Shown here piece after piece: positions 55,175 through 64,000 of a stretch of 64,000 nucleotides of DNA (within the stretch, counting starts at the first letter, position 1; every line of letters begins with the position of its first letter). Source of the stretch: Eledone cirrhosa. Its lineage: Eukaryota. The stretch covers positions 188,170,001 through 188,234,000 of the forward strand of contig OZ024742.1 in assembly GCA_964016885.1 (NCBI GenBank). The letters are read 5' to 3'. The position numbers and the translations under genes are program-made. Under the pieces are notes generated by a model. That model worked only from the letters and a program-made list of their open reading frames with translations, had not been told where the DNA came from and ran no database searches.

Positions 55175-55208
<34 letters not shown>

Positions 55209-55565
55209 ATATATATATATAAATGTCGCTCTATGTGGCTGAATACAATAACTATAATCTGAGTTATTCGAATATTAATAATTGTTTCTACTTTTTGGCA
55301 CAAGTCAAGCAATCACCCAGCGCATTACTGGTACTTTATTTTATCGACCCCGTAAAGACGAAAGGCAAAGTTAACCTCGGCGGGATTTGAACTCAAAATG
55401 GCAAGGGCCGTAATTCTATGCGTCAAAGCATGGCGTCCGACCCTCTACGGATACTGCCAATCCATAACATTCGATTCGTTTGTAATTATACAAACAAGCC
55501 TCCTTTTTATAGCCATATCAGTAAAATGAACCGTCCAGTCTTGCTCTTGTGTAGGCATGGAAACA

Positions 55566-55615
55566 GAACTGCAGACACTAATGTTTCTGGCTATCACGCT
55601 TCATCAGTACAGCTC
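55566..55615 (-). ncRNA. Type I hammerhead ribozyme, inverted-arm copy (family H)
   Basis: GAGCTGTA-CTGATGA-agcgtgatagcca-GAAA-CATTAGTG-TC-TGCAGTTC. Confidence 0.7.
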
Positions 55616-55888
55616 ATTGTTCACCTGCCAACTGTCAGAGCTAGTGAAAATATATGCTATTTTCTAAAGTATATTTGATTGTGGCAAAGCCGGCCATTTA
55701 TCGCTCGTACACAGGTAACTGACTGGCCAGTCTGCTGATATGCAAATCTTGCTGATCAGTGTATCTGCTAATATGCAGATTGACTGATCAGCCAGTATGC
55801 TAATATGCAAATCAGGCCGATCAGTCACTGTATATTTTAGAAAATAGTATATACTTTCACCAGCTCTGACAGTTGGCAGCTGAACAGT

Positions 55889-55938
55889 GAGCTGTACTGA
55901 TGAAGAGTGATACCCAGAAACATTAGCGTCTGCAGTTC
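55889..55938 (+). ncRNA. Type I hammerhead ribozyme (family H)
   Basis: GAGCTGTA-CTGATGA-agagtgataccca-GAAA-CATTAGCG-TC-TGCAGTTC. 8-bp stem I and GUC triplet. Predicted cut after 55930. Confidence 0.7.
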
Positions 55939-56068
55939 TGTTTACATGCCAACACAAGAGCAACGATGAAGGGTTCATTCTACTGACATGGCTTTAAAAG
56001 TAGGCTTGTTTGTTTAATTACAAAGGAATCGAATATTTTTATTAATATTCGAAACAAATAAGATTACT

Positions 56069-56111
<43 letters not shown>

Positions 56112-56287
56112 GTTCAAGAGTAACCAATCTTAAAGAGATAGATGGAGATAGAAGAGGAGATAGGAGAGGAGAGATTGGTGAATTAGTTAGAAGCCAAAGC
56201 GTAAAGGCATGTGCTCAATCTGCAATATGCAGTAGAAAGCAGCTAGGTGGCTGGGTTCATGCAGAAGTTAGGTGCGCAGAGCTGGAA

Positions 56288-56598
56288 ATATTCATTAGTT
56301 AAGCAAAACAAGACCACAAATTTCACAAGGAAGACATTATTAAAAGATTGTCAACATATTTTAGTTTGATGTATAGTCATCTGCTCCAGAAATATTATAT
56401 GGAGTAGCGAAACAATTGTAAACGGACATTATTATTATTTGCACTGGGTAATTGCTGGCCTTATGCCTAAAGTAGAAACAATTATTATTAATATTATTAT
56501 TATTATTCTCTACATTCTTTACATCAAACTAAAATATGTTGACAATCTTTTAATAATGTCTTCCTTGTGAAATTTGTGGTCTTGTTTTGCTTAACTAA

Positions 56599-56640
<42 letters not shown>

Positions 56641-56665
56641 TTAGTTAAGCAAAACAAGACCACAA

Positions 56666-56670
<5 letters not shown>
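56288..56670 (+). mobile_element. PLE-like fold-back element, family G, with truncated hammerhead (56381-56427)
   Basis: 56288-56373 is inverted at 56520-56605. Reads CTGCTCCA..TGGAGTAG-C-GAAA-CAATTG-TA (palindromic stem III ACAATTGT) but lacks the CUGAUGA half. A SINE tail is nested at 56440-56482. Confidence 0.55.
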
Positions 56671-56718
<48 letters not shown>

Positions 56719-57105
56719 GCAGCTGATTACATCGCCGTCTACTCTCGGGTCCCAAAATAATAGTGATGGCGTGGAAAATCGGTAATTTGTCTAGGTTTTC
56801 TCCATTGATTATTAAAAAAACAAAACACAATTAGTGCTTCATCCTATTTATCTTATGTACATTTTTGTCATGTATAATATATGTTAAAATATTTCCGAAA
56901 AATCGGAATGAGCGTAAAAAAGAAAGCAGAAAAAAAAAATTCGAATCTAATAAAATAATATATTTAGTTAATTCAGATGTAACACCTATTTATTGTGGAT
57001 GGCTTTAATATCGAATATCTATAATTGTGTAATTGCATTTTGTATTGTGTGGCTTTGACTAATTCAGGCATCCTGTATTTAATTGGTGGGTACAATTTTT
57101 GTGAG

Positions 57106-57155
<50 letters not shown>

Positions 57156-57346
57156 ACTCACACTGTGTGGACTATGAAAGGTCTAAGGTACAGATATATG
57201 TTTTTCTTATCGATTTAATGTGTATTTTGTGATGTGAGTTGTGGCTATATTAAGCTTGTTGCATTTAGGTAGGATCGTTCATGGGTAGAATGTTGTATAT
57301 ATATATATATACTGATTCAGTTTTTTTATATGTATGTACACATATG

Positions 57347-57418
<72 letters not shown>

Positions 57419-57422
<4 letters not shown>

Positions 57423-57665
57423 AACAAAAGATGGTTAATAGAGTTCCATGTATTTTATTATGCGCATTTCAAAAACAAATATCATCATGCAATAATATTT
57501 GTGTTTTCATCAGATAAAACAGGAAGACATGATATGAAGGTTAAAAAACACTTGTGGATAGTGCAGTTTTAAATCAACATATGAAAAGTAGTTTTAGATT
57601 GATGTGTTATATTGGGAAAAATATTTGCATTGCTTTATTGTACTACAATAAAACTCACCTCCTAC
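57419..57665 (+). mobile_element. Family B element, with hammerhead at 57451-57521 (-)
   Basis: Minus strand reads TGTTTTAT-CTGATGA-..-GAAA-TGCGCA-TA-ATAAAATA. Same tail as 2560-2603. Confidence 0.75.
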
Positions 57666-57868
57666 ATATATATATATATATATACATATACATAGATGAT
57701 CATTCAATAATCTAATTTAGTTTATTTATATGCATTTAGATTAACATACATGCACACACAAATGTGTATATATGTATATATATATCATTACATAATCTAA
57801 TTTGATTTTAATATATATATGTGTATACATATGTAGATATAGAAATGTGTATGTCGTTATAAACAACG

Positions 57869-57936
<68 letters not shown>

Positions 57937-60659
57937 GTGTATACGTATATATTGACATTTGAACAAACACACATATGTCTAAAATGTGGGATGTAATTCT
58001 TTTTATATATATATACATACATTTCCTTTTACCTGTTTTAAGATTCTTATTCTATCTCATGCTAACCGTCTTCGAGATAGGCTACCTGCGGGCGAATGAC
58101 TTTTTAATCTTAATAAATATCTACATTTATAGTCTGTCGCAAAATAAACGAATCAAATATCTTTGAGGAATGGGGAAAATATATTCATAAATATTCATAG
58201 ACGTATTTATATATGCGGAAAATGAACGAAACTTATAGATCGATAGATAAACTGTTACTATGCCAATAACATTTTCTACAGTATAATACGTACATATCTG
58301 TTACTGAGTATAGAAGATTAGCAATGCTCATATAAATAACAAATAATTTTTACATATGTTATTCTAAATTTGTATTAATTTCGCATCGAACATTTATTTC
58401 GTGGACAAGCCTTGCACACTGAGTAAGAATTTCGCTAAGTTGAATCTCACAGCTATATATCTTGGCTAATGGCAAGTATTAATGAATCAGCTTGACCCAA
58501 ATCTTGTGGATAAAATTCAGTAGATGGAAACTGAATGGATGGTATCTGTAATCAAATGGGTCACCTTTTGTCATAACTTTAAAGCTGAATCTCCATGATA
58601 ATTTGTTCATGTTTCACATGTGTGTGAAATGCTCAGCTACTTGTGAATCTCTCATTTTAGCTTTTCTGTTGGTCACAGAATTGGAAAAGTATCTTCGAAT
58701 TTGACAAATTTCACATTATTTCAAACTAAATTGAAATAATGTGAAATGAATCATATCAATAATCAAAGCCCAACAAATTATTTGTTGTTGTTTAAACATC
58801 CATATTTATAAAAACTATTAATTGAAAAATCGAACTGTTGGCTTCTAGACTTAGAGATTTTGAGATGAGCGATTTGATCAAGGTGACATGAATATATATT
58901 ATAACACAAAACAATATCCACTTCCCAAAAGCAAAGCAATATGAATTCGAGTGGCTCTTTCAGCGCATTTCCCTCACTATCCTCTAGAGTATCGCATTCG
59001 CAGTTTTTCAGCTCGAACAATGAATCAACAGACATCTGATTTGTAAATTTCATGAGATAATAGCCTTTTCAATTTATGATATTTGATGCTCATTTAGAAG
59101 TTATTTGTACACTCATCCCACAATTTCAGTATTAATTTCTTGTATAGTGTATTAAATCGTGCACTCAACATATGAAGTGTACTATAAATTTGTATATATA
59201 GTGAAAGAATGCAGGATTTAATGAAAAATGCGAGAGATATGTATGTAATTCCACAAAATTGTTTACGTAAATATCGTAGTCCAAGGTGAAATACATAAAG
59301 AAGATATCTTTACAAAGTGTCGGTAAAAACCGATACTGTGCGGACAGATACCAATTTGTAATAGATATATATCCACCTAGTAATTCTCTCATAAGATTGT
59401 TTATAAGTAATGTGTGTAATGTAAGATCTCCTTCAATTTCGATGAGGAGTGTTTCAGTTGTTAGACCAAAGAACGAGCGTGCTTTTGAATATTAACCTCC
59501 ATATGGCTGAGCATTTCAAAGAAAAATGTACATTTAACATAGTTCTCAGCGTGATTCAGCTTGACACAATGTGTGATAAGCTCAGTCCTTTGGATTACAG
59601 ACACAACTCAGTTATTTTTAGCTGAGTGGACTGGAGTGACGTGAAACATATTGTCTTGATTAAGGACTCAACGAGCCACCCACTGCTAGAACACATACAT
59701 TTATGATCCTTATCCTATGCCCGTAACACCTAAGTCACACGCCTCCAATATTATTGTCAGTAAGTATGTGATAACGACCATTATTAATTTTTCTTACGAT
59801 CCAATCTACTGCACTTAAATTGTTACAAATAAGAATCGCTGGGAAACATATATAAAGTAAACTTTTGTCAATTTAGTGCGGTTTTCTCTATATCTTATAA
59901 GTTGTTTAACTAATCATGAAATCAATAATGCGAAAAGATGCATTGCTTTACATTCAGAATGAAATGTAGTGGATGATTCTTCATAGAAACAATCGAAAAC
60001 ATAAATATACAGTAATAAAAGAATCAAAACAAAAAGATGATTCAAAATAGAAAATCTATATGTGAACATAAAATATACAAATATGTATAATTAAATTATT
60101 TGATTAAATAATAAAAGGAAAATTCTAAATGGAAATGCATTTAGCTAAATGGGGAGGTTTGATTATAATACAGGGAAAAGTGAGATGCAGATACGACTCT
60201 TTTGGTTAAATGGGTCGTTTCACAATCACACGAGTATATTTTTATAAATGTCGGGGTTGAAACAATCACATTTGAATGATCGAAGAAAACTTTACAGAAG
60301 GTCGTTTTTTATATATATTTACGTATTTGCTTACATCTTAGACAGGGAATTGATAAAATAAGTACCAGATTTGAAAAACGAAGTACTGTGATAAATAGAT
60401 TTTACCAAAGCCCTTCATTTTGGTGCCCCAGCATGTATGTTGCAAAACAGTTTTAAAAAATCCTATACAGAATGAAGAGCGAAATGAAATGAGCAATGAA
60501 TCAACACTAATGTATTTTTAATTTCTTTATTTCAAATATAGATGAATAATGCTTTGCTATAAGAAATGTCTTCTGAAACATTTTAACGAAGTATTTAAAT
60601 AATGCAGTAGTGCATTAACACCCAAGAAAGGATTATTATTATTTTTATTTACACAAAAA

Positions 60660-60885
60660 AAACCACACTCTATCGTCTTTAATGTTTCCTTAATGTGAGC
60701 CCTGCGTGGCTAATAAAGAAATCATTATTATTATCAATATTTGATTTCAAATTCCGCCGAGGTCAGCTTTGCCTTTCATCATTACGGGGTCGATAAAATA
60801 AAGTACGCGTAAACACTTGTGTCGATTTAATCGATTTCCCCTACCCTTCAAATTGCTGTTCTTCTGCCTCTAGTAGAAATCATTA
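60660..60885 (+). mobile_element. Tx1-like 3' end fragment (60660-60732) followed by a main-family SINE 3' half (60740-60885)
   Basis: CCCTGCGTGGCTAATAAAGAAATC(ATT)n resembles the 3' end of the 10108 element. SINE core motifs follow. Confidence 0.6.
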
Positions 60886-61243
60886 TTATTATTGTTCCTG
60901 AAACAGAAACCATTATGGTTGTTGTTGTTGATATGGATTGTTAATAATATTGGACATTAAACTAGCTCTACATAATATTTCAATTAATCATTTATTTACA
61001 ATCGATAATAATTTCAAAAGAAACTTAAATACGATGAAGAGTTTGGCATTGCGAATATCGAAGCTTGATCGATATAATGCATGTTTGAATGGCGATTTTA
61101 TCGCTGCTCCCTTACTCTTCACCTGAAGTTCCACGAGTCAGAATGAGAACAAGGGAAAGAAAGAACGTAAAATGCTTTCATTGTCTGTTTCGTGTTGTTA
61201 CTATTGGTTACAACTTACGTACATACATATCAAATATAGACAT

Positions 61244-61458
61244 TCGATCGACTTTCTCCAAATCGGACCGAGGAAACAATGTTTCCATTGGTCTTTCCAA
61301 TTTCTAATACTATCTATCGGTCGCAACTCCAGGTAGAAGGAGCAACGTGAAATAAAGTGTCTTGCCCAAGGACACAACGCATCGCCCGGTTCGGGAATCG
61401 AATTCACAGCCTCACGATTACGAATCCAATTCCCTTACCACTCATCCACGCGCCTTCA
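61244..61458 (-). mobile_element. tRNA-derived SINE (second family)
   Basis: Reverse complement of 1429-1635. Confidence 0.75.
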
Positions 61459-61639
61459 CGCTATCAAATATGTTGTGGCTTAAAAAATATATATTCTGGA
61501 ACTATTTAGGCAGAAGAGCATCAGTTGGTGTTTTATTCAGACCGCTGAAGGATGAAAGTTGGTCTGAAAGTGTCAAAAGCTGTAACCAAATATCACAAAG
61601 AATTTTCGTCGGCGTTTTCACGATTCCGTCAGCTTCTAC

Positions 61640-61865
61640 AGTGCCACAAGTTCCTCTACTACAATACATGTCATCGCAGAAAATCAGCCCTGTATGTGAC
61701 TGTGAGGATCCTGACCAAACAGTACTGCAAGTTGTTCGTGATTGCCACCGCCAGACGTTTGCCAGTGGCTTGGAGGCAAACCATAATGTTGCAAATGTAG
61801 CTTTGGACTGGCTCGCTGGGCTCGACCTGTTTCTCTAAATTTTGTGCATATGTCAAATAATAAGG
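61640..61865 (+). pseudogene. Non-LTR retrotransposon C-terminal Cys-motif fragment
   Basis: SPVCDCEDPDQTVLQVVRDC..F.SGL..ALDWLAGLDLFL* followed by a short UTR and a TAA tail. Confidence 0.55.
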
Positions 61866-63440
61866 AGAATAATCGCATATGATAGATTGAAAATCAATGA
61901 TTTCTTTTATACAATCCATATATTATTGTTATAATATATTTAGAATGGCCTACAATAAAAATTACTCATCATTCCTTTTCCTACTGTACAGGGAATCTCT
62001 GTGATACTTCAAGTTAGTTGGTTTAGAAGCTTTCGTAGCTGGAGAACTAACTGGTCACGCGAATTGTTCTCGATACAGGATAAATTACAGACCAGTACTG
62101 TGATTCAGTATATTATTTACATATACAACATTTAATACAGAAGAAATACGCTTGTTGTCTATTTTAATGTAAACGCTAATGAAATGCTGAGTCACATTTA
62201 AACAAACCAACTCTTCCTACTTTACCTTGACTATCTCTTTGTTTCTTCGTCTTTATCTCTTTCAGTCTCATCGTTGACTTATGTCTCTCTTTCTATATTT
62301 CTCTATTCTCCTTTCCTTCACTTTTCCTCTCGCATATTTTATTACATATTACAACATTCATAGTGATTCTTCCTCTCGCTCTCTTTCTCTCTCTTTATCT
62401 ATCTCTGTCACTTTCTCTCTATCGCCCCCCCCCCCCTCTCTCTCTCTCTCACACACACACTAAACAACAGCAGAGTATCTTTGAATGACAAGAAGAAAGG
62501 ATTTATTGCAAACATCGTAAGCTGCACAAAGAGGCAAGGAGAAAAAAGTTCTGATAGCAACACAGTGAGGGAGGAAGAATTTAAAACAGAATTACGCCTG
62601 GGAAAAATAAATATATACGCAGGCATACAGATACACGATGGCTTTGTGTGGATTATATGGGGATAATAGAGGATTATATGAAACCATGTGGATTATTCAA
62701 CATTGATTATATAATTGTGAATGTGTGGGACTGATTTCTCATTAGTGAAGTCCGTGACATTGTATATCACATTCTCCAATATGAAGGCACAGAGAAGGGT
62801 TCTCTATGCTCAGTAAACCTGCTAGAAATAAGAGGCACATTGCCTACATACCCGAACTCATATCCGATTTCTGAAAGGTGTACCAGGTGATTTTGTTCGC
62901 CAAAAGTCATTTCATCCTTATTCAGCACCAGGAAGAATTATCTCGGTGCTAAGATAGTCTCAGGTGAGCTGGATAGCAGATGGTCTTCGGAGAAAAACCC
63001 AACCCGCTCAGGCGAGTGTCAAGCTCTTAATTTCTTACAATCTAAGAGGGTTGGCTCGCATTCGGGACACGATTCCTGAGTGCGCTTCTGCTGAAATTTA
63101 GCCATTCGAATACCGGAGACATGCTCTAACAAGTCCATATAACATCAAACATCAACGTTCAAATACATTGCTATATCTCATCTGGAATTTATATGTAGCA
63201 GTTGTCTAATTTCCCCGTGGTAAATTAGTAGACATCGACATTTGCTAGTACATCTAAGGTAGTATATTTTGTGGACTTAAACTGACACTGTATCTCTGAA
63301 GGCATAGAAAAGATATAGTGGACAGGAGTTTTCTTAAATACGAACATAATTCTGTTTGGGGACATGTTGAGATGATAAGGAAATATTCAATTGAAGGAAA
63401 TAGGAAATACTTAATTATGTACGGGTATATATATATATAT

Positions 63441-63553
63441 AGGAACCAGTAAGACCCCGACAGCTGAGCTCAAGCCGTTTTGACGGCTAATTCTGGTATT
63501 GAGTACTTTGGTGCGTTATGGTCCACTTGGTTCCTTACCACATTTCCTTCGTT
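63441..63553 (+). mobile_element. Family E element in (TA)n
   Basis: Same inverted segment and tail as 22215-22310 and 24305-24497. Confidence 0.65.
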
Positions 63554-64000
63554 ATATATATATATATATATATATGAGTTTATTGCGTTTACTCTTTGCG
63601 CAACTCTATCTTTAGAATCATTAACATAACTGGGATTTGTAATTAATAACTTTCCAGCATACGTTGCTTCACCGGCCAACTGTACTAACGATCCTGCTCA
63701 CGCAGAGCATGAGCCTGCGGTGACTGTGCAGCCATTATCTCAGTAGCAAACGAATGACAAGTCACACTCGTTTCTCTACATCCCAAACACACAGTTGTGG
63801 AGCTAGACCTTTTATTAAGAATATCAAATATTTGTTTTTATGACTATCAAAGATATATTTAAATTTTATTTAATGTTTATATAAATGCATCCTTCTCCTA
63901 AATCTTTAATAAAATCTTTAAATATCAATTTTTAATCTTTCATCTTAACTTTAATTTTAACCTTAACAATCTTTAAATTCTGAATTATCAAATTCACCCC

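Larger units (their letters stand above)
55218..56070 (+). mobile_element. Family H fold-back element interrupted by a SINE (55281-55463, -)
   Basis: Inverted arms ~55468-55674 and 55831-56035. Homologous to 24529-25130. Flanked by (TA)n. Confidence 0.75.

Noticed and set aside
62481-62666. 61-aa ORF after a (CT)n tract
   Set aside because: No recognisable homology. It could be UTR or promoter sequence, but this is unsupported.

Overview
AT-rich, microsatellite-dense animal DNA with no confidently identifiable host protein-coding gene. The SINE content suggests an octopod cephalopod (inference). Most ORF-track entries are translated (TA)n/(CA)n/(AAT)n repeats. Recognisable retroelements: a near full-length decayed Tx1/L1-type LINE (10.1-16.1 kb, -) inside (AAT)n; an R4/Dong-type RT-RLE element (47.7-51.0 kb, -) with two stacked 3' fragments; a Penelope-like (PLE) remnant with a GIY-YIG endonuclease (39.8-42.3 kb); RTE-type fragments; about 20 tRNA-derived SINE copies; a Tc1/mariner-type MITE; and a Helitron-like palindrome. 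The main signal is at least seven families of short non-coding, mostly fold-back elements that sit inside (TA)n tracts. Several carry type I hammerhead ribozyme motifs (CUGANGA...GAAA-short, often palindromic stem III-UH), including unusual variants. One copy begins exactly at the predicted self-cleavage site and repeats with a 438-nt period, like a retrozyme or non-autonomous PLE. Two AG|GT ratchet-like splice sites on the + strand hint at recursive splicing of a long intron. All structures were read by eye; none were folded or searched computationally.
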